Source: Negaprion brevirostris (taxonomy: Eukaryota). Taken from it: a stretch of DNA of 63,853 nt. The stretch spans positions 34,468,391-34,532,243 of the forward strand of contig JARDVH010000140.1 in NCBI GenBank assembly GCA_030324005.1, in the 5' to 3' direction. Shown here piece by piece: positions 1-13,597 of this stretch. A program made the translations under genes and the position numbers. How positions within the stretch are numbered: the first letter of the stretch is position 1; each line of letters starts with the position of its first letter. A model generated the notes under the pieces. The model was not told the DNA's origin, did not search any database, and saw only the letters and a list, made by a program, of their open reading frames with translations.

Positions 1-150
1 CATCTCTCCACAATCACAGACCCCCCAATTCCCCCAGCCCCATCTCTACACATCACAGCCCCCTTCCCCTAATTCCCTCAGCCACATGCTTCTCACAATC
101 AAAACCCACTCCCCAATTCCCTCAGCCACATACTTCCCGCAATCACAGCT
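1..150. repeat. Degenerate C-rich tandem repeat (~45 bp unit, ~3 copies)
   Basis: CACAATCACAG...CCCCAATTCCC(C/T)CAGCC recurs about three times; truncated by the window edge. Confidence 0.6.
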
Positions 151-1317
151 CCTTGCAAAGTTGAGAGGGTGCAGCAGTGCAATTTGCAAGGACTTTGTGC
201 AAACCTTTAGCTGGGAGTGAGCTGAGTGCGCTATGACCCAGCAGCATCACCAGACCTGAGGTCAGTGCTGAGGCCCAGGTCTGTGCTGCAAGTCAGATAT
301 CAGAAACCCTACAGAGTAACAACCCCCCAATCCTCCAGACACTCACAGAGCCGCCACCAATCTGAGACAGAAAATGGCCGCAACAATAAGACATCTGTGA
401 GTAGCGGGGAGCTATCAGACTCTGTGCACTCACCTCCTCACTAACCCTTACTGATAAATTAGACTTTTATTGAGCATGTCTGATTCGCGCTGATTCAGGA
501 TTGGCGAATGCGGTGGNNNNNNNNNNNNNNNNNNNNNNNNNNNNNNNNNNNNNNNNNNNNNNNNNNNNNNNNNNNNNNNNNNNNNNNNNNNNNNNNNNNN
601 NNNNNNNNNNNNNNNNNNNNNNNNNNNNNNNNNNNNNNNNNNNNNNNNNNNNNNNNNNNNNNNNNNNNNNNNNNNNNNNNNNNNNNNNNNNNNNNNNNNN
701 NNNTGTCATGCTCGAAAATGGGCGCAACTTGATGGTAAAATCAGGCCCTTTATGTGAGAATGTCTGTAGTTCTGAAAGATTTACAGGTGCCTCATTTCCA
801 TAATCCAGTGAGTACAGTTCAGAACTGACTGAGTGATAATCTACAGCTGTCAGCTTCTTTGTTTTAGTTCTGCCCAGTCATATTTACGCTTGCAAAAATG
901 TGACACCCTGATTGCATGAAAGTGACATTCTGCAAGAAGCAACTTCACTGCTATAAACAACAGCTAGAAACCACAGTAACAGCAGAATGAGAGCTTCCAC
1001 TACCACTCAACTCAGCTGCTGCATTTTAACCAGGACTCATTTTATCAACAGTGCTGGGATTTTCTTTTCGTATCTTCAAGATAGATTTGCTGCAATATTT
1101 GTCATATATCTTGTTACACTCCATTGTAAAATTTGTATACATTAATATGAGTTGACCTCCACTCTCTGACCCCTAGATATTTCCATAGACTCAGAAATAA
1201 AGGTCACCAAACCTGTCCTGCCTCAAATCTTCCAGTGAAGTGTTTTCTTTGTCCCTTGTCTCATTGTGCTCTCTGTTACTGGATCAAAGTATATAATTAG
1301 ACTGTTTCTCTTTATAG

Positions 1318-1824
1318 GAAATCACTGACACATTCCTGGCTGGTAAAGTATCATTGGAGAGTTTCCTGGAGAGGTTTCACATGACAAGAAAGCTTTGCCA
1401 CTTGAGAAAGACCCAAGTGGAGAAACTCCAGGACCTGTTGAAAAAGGACAGAAAGAAGAATCAGCAACAGGCAACGCAGCAAAGACCAGAGCATCGACTG
1501 ACGTCACATAATGTCCCTCCCGCCCCACACAATGGACCCACCTGTCATGGACAACACCAGCGCTATAGCTTTGTGCCCGCCATTGAGGCACCTTCTCAGG
1601 CTATGAGTCCATTCTCCATGCCATCACCTCCTCCTCAGAGCAAGAATCTGCCTCCTCTAAGTTCACGCGAGCGTCAGCATGTGGTTTCACGGCCTAACAC
1701 TCCATTCACGCCTCACGGTCTTCGTTCAGGCCTACGCATGCTGGGACAGCTCCCAATCTGGACTCCAAGGCCATTCAAGGTTCAGCGAGCATACCCCGTG
1801 CAGAAACAACCACCCTACCGATAG
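1318..1824 (+). CDS. VPS37D: Last coding exon of ESCRT-I subunit VPS37D (C-terminal part of the Mod(r)/VPS37 domain plus Pro-rich tail)
   Basis: Acceptor TTTCTCTTTATAG|GAA at 1317/1318 (phase 0). Translation EITDTFLAGKVSLESFLERFHMTRKLCHLRKTQVEKLQDLL matches the VPS37 C-terminal helices (HLRRTQAEKLQELL-like), then Pro-rich tail to TAG. Convergent with DNAJC30 as in human. Upstream exons not visible. Confidence 0.85.
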   Translation, partial: EITDTFLAGKVSLESFLERFHMTRKLCHLRKTQVEKLQDLLKKDRKKNQQQATQQRPEHRLTSHNVPPAPHNGPTCHGQHQRYSFVPAIEAPSQAMSPFSMPSPPPQSKNLPPLSSRERQHVVSRPNTPFTPHGLRSGLRMLGQLPIWTPRPFKVQRAYPVQKQPPYR

Positions 1825-3824
1825 GAAGATAGACACTCCTTCCAGATCAAACACAGAACCACTGATGATGAGGATGGAATGATACATTATACAGCAAAAT
1901 CAAATCCAAAACAACTTACAGGAATGGAGAGAGAAAATGAAATGGAAGACATTTGTGGATGAAATGGATTTTCAATTTGGGCTCTCCAGTTTTTCAGTGG
2001 CCAAACAATATGGTTCTCAGAACAGAAAGTGAAAATCTCATGCCTGACTTGGCAACATGAGCAAAAACGATTGCCACCAACGCGCTGGTTGTAGGAATAA
2101 CACTTCTCACCTCAGCTAATATCATTGAATAGCAGCAAAGTTTGCCATGGCTGAATAAGATAAGTTTCCGACGACATTTTTACCACATGGGATTATCCAC
2201 CATTTTAGCTCTTTTTCTGAGGAGGGTGGATCTGACTCCACAAATCTGCTCATTCTCCATGAAGACCGTAGCTTCTGGCCTTGGTTCTACAAAAACCATG
2301 AAAGTGAATGAATATTTGAGAGACTTGATTTTGTTTTATTTGCCATCCATCAGTCTTTCTGATATTGTCAATGAGCTGGAGATGTGGAACCTTAAAAGGA
2401 AGTCCAACTGACCTAAACTTGGCCAATTGTATGAGTCCCTACTAATGGCAGATCATAGATTTGTGCAAAGGAACTGGACAATTTTCCTCTGATCTAAGTA
2501 TATCAGTATTGTTTAGCTTCAGTTCAGCTTGCTGTGCCTTGGTTCTGGTTGGGTAAGGCACAGTCTGTCATTGAACTGACCCATTAACAATGTATGGAGC
2601 TCATGTAGACACTCAAAGCTGCCCAGAAACTGAAACAATGCAGTATCTATTTACAGATGTGTCTCTGACAGTCAGAACACAAAAATAGACAGGCCCAGCT
2701 CTTCCTCCCCAATCTTTGGTCCTGTTTGGAAATCCCCCTGTTATTTGTCAGGGGTGGCTACTTGTCTTTGAATTTGCTTAACAGTCTGCGGTGACCACCT
2801 GACACTCTCAGGAATGAAAGCCGGGAAGTAAATGTTCATTTTATAATTGCTGCATCAATAAAAGTGGAGGGTGGGGGGTGGGGGTGGGGGTGGGGGTGGG
2901 ANNNNNNNNNNNNNNNNNNNNNNNNNNNNNNNNNNNNNNNNNNNNNNNNNNNNNNNNNNNNNNNNNNNNNNNNNNNNNNNNNNNNNNNNNNNNNNNNNNN
3001 NNNNNNNNNNNNNNNNNNNNNNNNNNNNNNNNNNNNNNNNNNNNNNNNNNNNNNNNNNNNNNNNNNNNNNNNNNNNNNNNNNNNNNNNNNNNNNNNNNNN
3101 NNNNNNNNNNNNNNNNNNNNNNNNNNNNNNNNNNNNNNNNNNNNNNNNNNNNNNNNNNNNNNNNNNNNNNNNNNNNNNNNNNNNNNNNNNNNNNNNNNNN
3201 NNNNNNNNNNNNNNNNNNNNNNNNNNNNNNNNNNNNNNNNNNNNNNNNNNNNNNNNNNNNNNNNNNNNNNNNNNNNNNNNNNNNNNNNNNNNNNNNNNNN
3301 NNNNNNNNNNNNNNNNNNNNNNNNNNNNNNNNNNNTTACATCTAATGTTCCTTCGAATGCATGAATGGACAGCAACCCAGAAGCCATGTGGGCCACCCAC
3401 AAATCGTCTTGCTAACGTCCATGCATGACTGTGCAAAACAATTTAAAGGAATTGGGGGTTGAAATGAACAGATCATGCACAACAGAAAAGAATTTGAGGG
3501 AACATTGATTATAATTGCCTTGCGAATGAATTCAGAAGTTTAGAAGCAGTTACAATGACCTTGATTTAAATCAGCAACCTTAAAGAGAGAGGCCAGTTTA
3601 GCAGCTAAACCTTGGAGCTGTGCTCCAGGCCTGAGAATACTGGGGAGCATTTGTGAGGTCATATTAATCTGGATAAAATGAAGGCATGAAAACCCTAATT
3701 AAAATTTACGGCCCGGTTCAAACGGCTTCTGCACAGAGATGTTTATTTTTAAACAATTGGAGAAAATATGTGCACATTGTTCTGTAGCACTCTGTGGTAC
3801 ATTAAAAGGGAACATATAAACAAG

Positions 3825-4085
3825 GAAGGTGCCTCAGTTCAGTCTCGTACTGTGCACTGAGTTAATTTTAGCCTCATGTTTAACAGTAATAGTTTTGCTA
3901 CAAGGATGGGAAAATCAGCCAGTGAACCTGTGCTGTGAGTCCTGCTAGAAAGTGAGTGTGTTTAAATATCAGTATTACCTCCCTATCAGCATTTATGGTG
4001 CTAACACTCACTGACTAGACAAGCACTGGAAGACTGGTGTCTTAAATGAGGTACTGAAGGCTGCTGGCACCCACAGAACAGGACG
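3825..4085 (+). mobile_element. Degenerate LF-SINE-like element
   Basis: Ordered motifs GGGAAAATCAGCCAG, CCTGCTAGAAAGTG, ACACTCACTGACTAG, GAGGTACTGAAGG resemble the recalled LF-SINE consensus and recur elsewhere in the window. Confidence 0.55.
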
Positions 4086-5129
4086 TTGTTTTTAAAAACT
4101 ATATCCCTTTCTCTTAATTCCATCATAACCCCACTTGATCCTGTCTATCGATCCTCCAGTGCTGTGTCCTCTCCTGGTATTACTAAATTGCAGGACCCAA
4201 TTTCTACGCAGCAAACTTGCCCCAACAGTAAATCAGAAAGTGTATTTTGCTTATTTTTTTTAGGAAGAAACATTGGCCACAATATTGTGGGAATTCTCCT
4301 CCTCTCCCAAATGGAATATTTTATACCCACCTGAGCAGGATCTCAGTCTTAGCAACTCATCTGAATGATGGCACCTTTGGCAATGCAGTCGTCCCTCAGT
4401 GCTGCACTGGAAGTATTAAGCTAGATTATGTGCTCATGCCCAAGGGAAGAAACTTGCACCTTCTGACCTGGGTGCTGACAACTGAGCCAAATTGGCATTT
4501 AAAAGTAATAAACCTAAAGGTTCCTGGCCAGCCAGTCTCAACATTTTGTGTGTAAATGCTTAAGGACACTGCGTGGAATGCTTTCACTGCTCAACTAAAG
4601 AGCACAGGGCTAAAGGGAGCAATCAGTAAAAGCAATAGGCCATGGTTCACTAACCCTCAGGAATTCTTTGCGGAGGTAACTATTGGACTGAGCTATGAGG
4701 AAATATAATAGATTTGGATTTTCCACAAGTTGTTGGCAGCAAGAAAACTTTTAAAGAAGTTAAGACACGTAGCGTGAATGCAAAATAAATGTCAACATTG
4801 AAAAGTGGATTGGCAGTAGGAAACAAAAGGTAGTGAGAAATGGAAGAAGCTTAGTTTAATGAGGTTGTGTGGAGGTGGTGGGGGGGGGTGGGCGGTGGGG
4901 TGATTGGGTTGGGGGGTAGTGGTGGGGGTGTCNNNNNNNNNNNNNNNNNNNNNNNNNNNNNNNNNNNNNNNNNNNNNNNNNNNNNNNNNNNNNNNNNNNN
5001 NNNNNNNNNNNNNNNNNNNNNNNNNNNNNNNNTCAGTGTTGTTAGCCTGGGAGTAGTAGAATTCTGTGACAGTCCATTCTGCATTTGATTGCAAAACAAT
5101 ATTCTAGAATTATAGGACAGTGTGTCGTG

Positions 5130-5500
5130 TAAAAGAACACTTGCATTTATATAACGTTTTTCATGACCACTAGACATCTCAAAGTGTTTTGCAGCCAATG
5201 AAGTACTTTATGTATGTCAGCAGCTTGAAAATATAGCAGCTAATTTGTAGTGAACAAAATCCCACAGATAGCAATGTGATAATGAGCAGATAATATGTTT
5301 TTATTGTGATGTTGATTGAGTGATAAATATTAGGCAGGACAACAGGGATAACCCACTGCTCTCTTTTGTGGATACCTTTACAATCATCCACCCAAGCACA
5401 GAGAGGTGGTCTTGGTCTGACAGAACCTCTAGCAGTGCAGTGCTCCCTCAGTCCTGCAATGGAATAGCAGCCTTGATTTGAGATGGTGAACTGAGGCATT
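5130..5500 (-). mobile_element. Deu-domain SINE (AmnSINE/SacSINE-like)
   Basis: CTTGCATTTATATA..AAAGTG..CAGCCAATGAAGTACTT tail and CAGTGCAGTGCTCCCTCAGT core; related copies at ~4325-4490, 5520-5775 (opposite strand) and 13598-13890. Confidence 0.6.
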
Positions 5501-5519
5501 GTCAGCAAATCTTAGTTGG

Positions 5520-5775
5520 GTGTAACTAAGATCATTCTATTTCAAAGAAGTACAAAGGAGTTTCCTGGCGTAATGGCCAATATTCTTCCATCAATTAAAA
5601 TGACCAAAAGGCAAGTTATTTGGTCATTATCACAATGCTGTTTGTGGGAGCTTGCCATGAACGAATGGGCAGTTTTATTTCCTACATCACAACATTGACT
5701 ATACTTCCTCAACTAAAGCACTTTGGGACCTCCAGACAATACATAAAGTGCTATATAAATGCAGGTGTCTTTTTG
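5520..5775 (+). mobile_element. Deu-domain SINE 3' fragment
   Basis: TGGCCAATATT..ATTATCACAATGCTGTTTGTGGGAGCTTGC..AAAGCACTTTGGGAC..GTGCTATATAAATGCAGG is the reverse complement of motifs in the 5130-5500 copy. Confidence 0.55.
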
Positions 5776-8700
5776 TAGCATGAGCAGGTTTTTAAATCTG
5801 ATTCTAAAACAAAACTGGAGATCCAATTAAACAATTAAGAACACAAACATTTTTCCACCAAGTGCTGAATAAATAAGTCAGATTCTCTAAACAATTGGCT
5901 GATGGCACATTAATTAATTCTTCCTAAACAGTTAGTTGAACATCTGATTAGGAAAAAGGTTGGTGGCTATCAGTACAGACTGAGATCCTAAATGCCCTGC
6001 TGCTGGGGGAGAGGGAGGGAATGGAGAGGCAGGGTTGAAAGATAAAGCTTGGAGGATGGTTAACTTTCATAAAATTTTGTTTGATTATTCTCAGATTTCA
6101 GGGATGCAAAGCTCTAATAGCTGCAGTTCGGATCTTGAAGCTCCACAGGGGTTTCTATCAGCTTTGTTCAGTTGTTTCAACTCTAGCTTTTTGCCACACT
6201 TTGCAGCCTATAATCAGTCCTCCAATGAGACTTAAAAGTCCTGTTTTGGCATTGTAAAAACAGGCCTCAGATGTAAGCAAAACTAATAACCATTTCAACC
6301 AAAATCTCACTGAAATCCCAGGGACACCAAGTATTGTCAAAGGCAATAAAATAGGGCTGGGCTGTAGAGGATGAGCTTAAGGCAACATTGTCAGATTGAG
6401 TCTTGCCATTCATAAACTGACCAAGAATTGACTCTGTCATGGGGCCTAAGGTAGACAAAATTACTGAACCAATGCTGCTCACTTTGTTGCTATAATCTTG
6501 GTTCAAGTTTGGGAGAATTTCCGTTTGTATGTAAAAGCTGCTACCGTGGTGAAGCAGAGAAGCCTTTGAGGAAGTTCACACCCAAAACTTCCCAAAATCC
6601 CTGCACGCCAATTGGAAAATGGTGATAAAAAGCTCTATCTTACTTTCTATTATTGATTTCTAAATTCATGCTGGGTCCCTGCCAGCTCAATGTGACCTCT
6701 TTGATCTTGGCATAATTGCCATTCCTCCGGGAAGTGAGTAAACAACAATTTACAAGTGTCATTGCAAGGGTTGCTATGGGGATGTTAACTGCTTAAATCT
6801 GTGGGAGCAGTTAAGATTAAATTGCAATTACTGTGGTTGTGATTTCCCTGAAATTCAAAATGATTTTCCTCTTTACCATATTTGCTTAAATAACAACAGT
6901 GATTCAAAAGTAATTCATTGGCTGTGAAACATCTTGGAATGTCCTTGCATGAAAGTTACTAAATAAATGTAAGTTTTTTCCCCCCTAGCTGTACAAACTG
7001 TAGAGAATTCTGACCCTGTTCTTCCTAGCCCAATGGTAGTATTTTAGATGAGTCTCCCATTTATGCATCACCACTCCCTGTGTACTATTCCCTTCTGATC
7101 TATCTACTCTGAACTTTCATTTCCATCTGGACATCTCACAACCGCACCAGCCGCACTCTCTCACACTCCTCCACCTGCCTATGCCCTGGTAACCCTGTCT
7201 CACACATTCCTTCACATCCCTCAATCTTTTAGAAGGCCATATGCCTCACTGCTTGTGACCCCAGTAGTTTCGTTCCTTACAGCTCATCCTGTCCCTTTTG
7301 ACTTATACCCTTGCTGCACTCTTTGCCATACATCTTGACCATATCATCTGGCCCAAAACCTTCTTGTACCTTTACCGTTCTCAAGTCAGTCTGACTCATT
7401 TTACTGCAGACCTTTGTGCCCTGTTGTCTGAAGGTTCAATGCCCCTCAAACTAAGTATCGATATAGACATGGCGGCAAAGCGTCATCTAGTGAAAAGTTT
7501 CAGAATCAGAGGCAGTGTAGGTAAAATGGAAGATTGAAACTTCACAGAGCTAGAGCTCAGACTTTTATGAACAGCAAACAAACAATTGAAGAGAGAAGGA
7601 GTGGCCAATGGAAGATGTGAGGCAGGTTATCCCGCAGTGCTTTGGGAAACAAAATGGGTTTGGGGTCATCTCAGGTTTGGGATGATATTTTTAGAATGAA
7701 AGTGGAGGAACACAAGTTTTTTGTACAATCAAGATTCCAATAAAATGTCTTTTAATAAAATTTGTGCAGCAGCCATGCTTTTGGGTTCCATTGCCTGTTC
7801 ACACTCTGTACTAAAATGAATTGAACTTTGTCTGAAGGATAAAACGTGCTTCTCCAATTCACAGCGGCTGACACTACTGGGATTGGAATCCAGTATCAAT
7901 GCAGCAGTTGTCGATTTAATGTTCTCAGTTCATACATTATATGCATCATAAACACAACTTTTCATTGTTGTCCACTATTGTGCTTCCACTTTTAGGGAAA
8001 TAGCCTGTTATGGAGAAATGGTTAAAGTTATAGTAAACAGAAGTTAAAATTTCACTAGAGAGTAGATGCACCAAGAGAACATGTGGGCAGTCCTGAGATT
8101 ATGGCAAAAACAAATCTGAAGCAGGGCCAAAAATGGCTCTTCATCCCACACCGAGGTTTCTGATAGGGCAGCCATCAATTTCACAGAATGCAGAGAGGCA
8201 TAGTCCCTTTATCCTCCTTCATCAGCTTCTCACTCCCTGCTGCAGCACCACTTGTTCAGGGAGGAGTACAAGTTGCAAATCTTCGATATATCGGAGGTCA
8301 AGAAAGAAGCAAAAGTTTTGCCTTCCATCTCATAGGAGCTGCTGGCCTCAAGAGAATAGTTTTCCTGATGTAGTTGTGAGGATTTGAGGCCACAGGACCC
8401 GCTTGTTGCATTTGCAAACCTTAGTATTTCAGATAGGTATGTACTTTCATATTCCTGAAGACCAGATCAATTCCTTGGCAGGAAAACAAAGAAAAACATT
8501 GAAACCTGTCACCTAATAATGATTTGATTTGGTAGGAGTGCAGTTCTAAGGACACACTTCAGTTGAAGAAATTGAAGTTGGGGCATCGAGTTTGCAATAA
8601 GAATCCATTATTTCCCTTGAAATGTTACGGTTGAAATATTGTATCACGCATTGCATTTGCTTCAGTGTGTATAAGATAATATACATTTATACAACACCAG

Positions 8701-8872
8701 AAAGCCACAGCTAGTATTCTTAATTTCATTGGCACCAGTGTGAATGAATGAGCATTACAATGTTTCTCTCAGTCCTCTTATTGGGAACTTTCTGTCAAAG
8801 AAACAATCTGTAATATACAAAATATATGTAGTATCTTATACATTAATTGAAATGAAGATTTGAATGTATCTT

Positions 8873-9234
8873 AGAATCAGAGAATAATAAAATCCCTACA
8901 GTGCAGAAGGAGGNNNNNNNNNNNNNNNNNNNNNNNNNNNNNNNNNNNNNNNNTTATCTCGGCAACCTCCCCCCCCCCCCCAAACCTTCCCCATAGCCCC
9001 ACACATTCACCCTGCCAATTCCCCGAACTTACATGTTTTGGGGCATTAAGGGACAATTTAGCATAGCCAATCCACCTAACCTGCACATCTTCGGGGGAAA
9101 CTGGAGCACCCAGAAGAAACCTACATAGACAAGGGAGAACAAACAGATCCCACACAGTGAACCAAGGCTGGAATTGAACCTAGGCCCCTGGCACTGTGAG
9201 GCAGCACAGCGAACTACGTGGCATTGTGCTGCCC
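8873..9234 (-). mobile_element. HE1/V-SINE-like tRNA-derived SINE
   Basis: Reverse complement of the 28706 copy: tRNA-like head, central GGTGCTCCAGTTTCC block, CR1-type CTGCACTGTAGGGATT tail. Confidence 0.8.
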
Positions 9235-9479
9235 TTGTGCTTTCTGTTTTGAAGATTTTCCCAATGCCACTATGAATTTGTTACCAAGGCCTGCCAGTTC
9301 CTAACAGTAACCCTTAGAACTTGCCTGTCACAGGAATTGCAGGGGCTGTGGTTGGAGTTGCATCCAAATGTGGAGATAGGTTAGAATGTGCAGGTGGAGA
9401 ATCAGCTGGATCATATATCAGAATAAGAAATTTGTTGAACCATTGGAGGGTTTGTCTTCTAGAGTCAGTCGGAATCAGG

Positions 9480-9990
9480 GAAAATTCTCTACTGGTTGGA
9501 GTCGTACCTGGCATAAAGGAAGATTGTTGTTTTCATTGGAGGTCGTCTGAGCTCCAGGACACCACTCCAGGAAGTATCTGATGTCCAATCATTGTCAACT
9601 GCTTCATCGATGATCTTCCTTCCACCATAACATCAAAAGTAAGGATCTTCGTTGATAATTGTTTAGCACCACTTGAGATTCCTCAGACATTGAAGCAATC
9701 CATGTCCAAATGCAGCAAGACCTGAACAATATCCACGCTTGGGCTGACAAGTGGCAAGTAACACCCATACCACACAAATGCCAGACAATGACCATCTCTA
9801 ACAATAGAGAATATAGCCATTTCTCCTTGCCATTCAATGGCAATACCATTACTGAAACCACTACTATCAACACCCTGGGAGTTATCATTGACCAGAAACT
9901 TAACTGGACTAGCTATAAAAACATTGTGGCCACAAGAGTAGGTCAGATGCAAGGAATCGTTCAGCGAGTAGCTCACTTCCTGACCCTATA
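9480..9990 (+). mobile_element. CR1-clade LINE reverse-transcriptase fragment
   Basis: MQQDLNNIHAWADKWQVT..HKCQTMTIS..LGVIIDQKLNWT is typical of the CR1 RT C-terminal part; disrupted reading frame. Confidence 0.8.
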
Positions 9991-11529
9991 TCAGAAACAG
10001 TTAATTAAAATGTAAGTGCTCATTCAGCAGCCATGTGGCAGAGTATGCTGATGCAGTTTTTATATTTCCTGTGTCACTGGTTGAATTGGCGTTGGTGTGG
10101 GCAGCATCTCTGAAGATGCTGTAAGTGTGTGTGGCTGCGTGAGTATCATTGGTTTTACAAAGCAGTTAGGCCAAATGTTCAATGCTGAGAGAGGCAAACG
10201 CTCCCAGCTGGAATTACCCTTCAGCAGGGCTGTTGGCTGTGTGGGACCAACACTGAGGTAGTCAACAGCTCTCATTCAATACAACTCAGGTGTTTGGAGA
10301 AGGAAGCTATAAAAGTGGGAAATAATTCCACCATTATCATAAACATTAAATTAGGTACAAAAAATATTTATATTCATTGGCCCGAACATGAACTCATTTC
10401 AGATTTAAGGGAAATGTTCACTGACTCTCCACTGTGAGTTCCACTTCTATTCACACTTTATGAGACAAATGTTGAGAAATGTTGTGATAGTCTCAAAGAC
10501 ACTCAGAAAGCTTGTTTAAGAAGCTGCTTTAAATTAAACAAGAATGAAAAACACCAGGAGCAGAAAATGCAGTTGCTGACAGTTCTTAGTGGATCTTCAT
10601 GAATATTCTCTGCCCTCTCTTCCAATGCAGATATCAAACTGAAGCTTGTGTTGAAAGTAGCATGGAAAGGTACTTGACGCGAGTAGGTAACTCCTGCTCC
10701 AAGGACAGTGCCTCAACTGCGTGTAAAATGTAATTTGATCAGCAAACAGTTACACAATGTTCAAAGCTGTGTGTTGAAAGAATGATTGAGGGGGCATATG
10801 CCGGCTCAATGTCCAGTCTGTAAAAAGCTCAATACAAAGAAACGCAAAATTGCAAAGATTACAACAGGGTCAGAATTTACACAGGTCAGCCTAATGACCC
10901 ATTTAGACCTCCCACTGAATCACACACAATGATCGACTGGGAAGTGTTCAGTTTTGATCCTGCAATTTCAACCTTTTTGCTGTTGCCTTCAATCTCTCTG
11001 CCCTTCTATTGTTTCCCAGGTGTAGGGTTGCTCTGTCCAACGCTTCACTCAACACCTAAAGTTCTGCTCTTGGCAGGGTTTTGTATTGAAGGGAGAAACA
11101 AAGTGTTTAAAAATGCATGTTGATATATTGCCAATAAATAGTAATGAATTCTAGTATGTGGTATGGGAAGGTAATTTGTAATAAGAGGACTATCTAGGTA
11201 CTTATATTGTAACTAAACATTTTGGATTTTGTTTCAGTCAGAAAGGGCAGCCTCACCTTTTGGGATCTACTTAGAGAGAGGACTTATCTCCTCAAACTAT
11301 TAGACAGTGAAAGCAGTGACATAAAAGCAAAATACTATGAATGCTGGAAATCTGAAATAAACCAAAAGATGCTGGATAAACTGGATAAAACATGTGTGGT
11401 ACTGAGCCACAAACATCAGGCCAATTCTGACTGTACTCAGGTATCTGTTGGATGATACTTGGTGTGAATGGGCTCGTGAGAGAGGGAAAAAAAAACTGAA
11501 TTTCAGTAACTTGAGATCACTTAATGAAC

Positions 11530-11760
11530 TGTTGATCCCTATTCAATGATTCCTCATCCCTGTCCAAAGATTCCTGATCCCTATCCAGAGGTTCCTGATC
11601 ACTATACAGGGATTTCCAATCCCTATACAAGGATTCCTGATCACTATCCAGAGATACCTCATCCCTTTCCAGAGATTCCCAACCCCTTCCCAATGATTCC
11701 CATTCACTATCCAGGGATTTCTGGTCCCTATACAGAGTTTCCTGATCACTATCCAGGGAT
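11530..11760. repeat. 21-bp minisatellite, 11 units, inside an LF-SINE-like element
   Basis: Consensus TCCTGATC(C/A)CTATCCAGNGAT in exact 21-bp register from 11530 to 11760. Confidence 0.92.
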
Positions 11761-13597
11761 TCCTGCAAGGAGGTGGTCCACAGGTGACCATGTCTGAGGA
11801 CAGGATGGTATTTGACTGTGATGACCACAGCTGATTAGCTTTCTGACGTGCACTGGCTAGATGGACACATGAGGAATGACTTCAGTGAGATACCAGAGGG
11901 TAAATACAATCATACCTTATCAAAGGGAACGTGCAAGAATTTGAAGTAATCAAGGCAACATGTACTGCCACATGTTGTCAATCTAAGAAGTGAGCATCTA
12001 TTCACTAGTAGGAAATGTGTTAAGGTTTTTGGAGAAAAGCTGTCCATTAACAATGGAGGTTGAGGTACTGATACTGTCTGATCTGGCAGTGAAAGGTTAA
12101 AAAGGAATTACTGCTTGCATTGTCACAGGCAAGGAGAGGTTTGCTTATTATCAATTGCTTTCTCTGCAAGCAGTGACATTCCTACTGGCTGTGTGGTTAT
12201 AAGTTACCTCCAATCTGGACGTGATGAAGCATTAATGGGTCGGGCCTGAGGGTGCTTTAGAGCAGGTTCAGACAGGCAAGGTCCTGAGATTTACCAAGGG
12301 ATTGTTACTAACACTCTCACATATTCATGCCAGTTTGCTAAACATAAAGTGAACTAAGATGGTGAAACTTCAACTGGGACACATTCAGGGATTTTCATAT
12401 CAACAGAAATCATCCAACTGTATGAACAGTGAACAAATGCAAGCAATTTGTAGATCCTGAAGAACCCTCACATCAAAAGGTTAAATAACTCTTTCAAAGT
12501 ACCCTCATGCCCTCAAAGCAACTGCTTCTCAGGATGATTGAGCAGAGACCGGGTGGAAGCGTTTAGTAATACTGATCCACTCTAATCATTCAAAGGAGAG
12601 TAGGTCATTCACTGCTGGAATGGAGACTGTATCACTCACTGACAGAGGGGTTGTTGTGTCACTTTGTTTTAACAGTGTAAACTGACTGGAAAGTTTTTAA
12701 TGGAATGAGAATGCAGAATCATTCTCGATGCCCTTTGCCTCCATGTTGCAGGTATCCCTTTTCTTAATTGGTGAAATCAGAAACAGCCCCTCAATTTAAG
12801 AATCCCATTCCGTGTTTGTGAGCAGGTATGAATCGTGGGTTTTCTGGGTTATTATTGAAGTTGTACCTCACATTGTAAACTTGTACTGCCAGTGCAACAC
12901 AACTAAGGATATCAAGTGGAAATAGCTCTGTATTATTAGTGGAAAATATCATTTTTATATTGTCATGGTGTGCACAGAGTGAAGGAGAGTCCCACAGTTA
13001 ACAGACAGAAAAGCACATTTTAGCAAGTAAACATGAAAACAATGGCTAACAAATTGACCATGTTGTGTCTGCAGTACAGATACATTATGTTGATAGGGAA
13101 GTGATATGTATCTTTACCCCCGAGGCTGCGATACATGCCACGGGTCACTGATTCCATCTCATCACAGAGATGGAAGTTTAATGACTGGCTGTACTTATGC
13201 GTGAGCAGCTGGCTGGATTGCCTTTCCCTCATCAACAAAGCGTTAACCATTTCAGCACTGCAGATTTCAGCCATATCCCCATTTGATTGCCTGGATCTTG
13301 TAGCTCACTACAGTTTTACAGAAATGATGTAAGTACCAAAGGAATAAATGCATAGTACATAATGAATGGAAATCAAAGTAAAATTCCAGCAAAGGACAGT
13401 CATTTTAACACTGATCCAATAAACTTTGAAAACATTGGATATTTTTATGGGAATTAAAATCATTATCATATGCCACCCCATAGATATTGGCCTCCTTCCA
13501 GTTTTTTTGCCAACCACAGATTTTTCAGATACAAGCCCAGGCAGTGAGTGTTGGTAGATTATGAAGACAAGACTAATCCTATCTGCGTCTGGACCGC

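Noticed and set aside
2864..2901. (GGGGGT)n tract, also G-rich run at ~4868-4931, as G-quadruplex or telomere-like repeat
   Set aside because: Simple repeats abutting gaps; not TTAGGG and no functional context
8133..8387. Overlapping short ORFs in unique sequence
   Set aside because: No recognisable homology or convincing splice sites
11517..11828. Repetitive ORFs (PDHYPEI / SLDRDQE) and a CRISPR-like look
   Set aside because: By-product of a 21-bp tandem repeat; no unique spacers; eukaryotic SINE context
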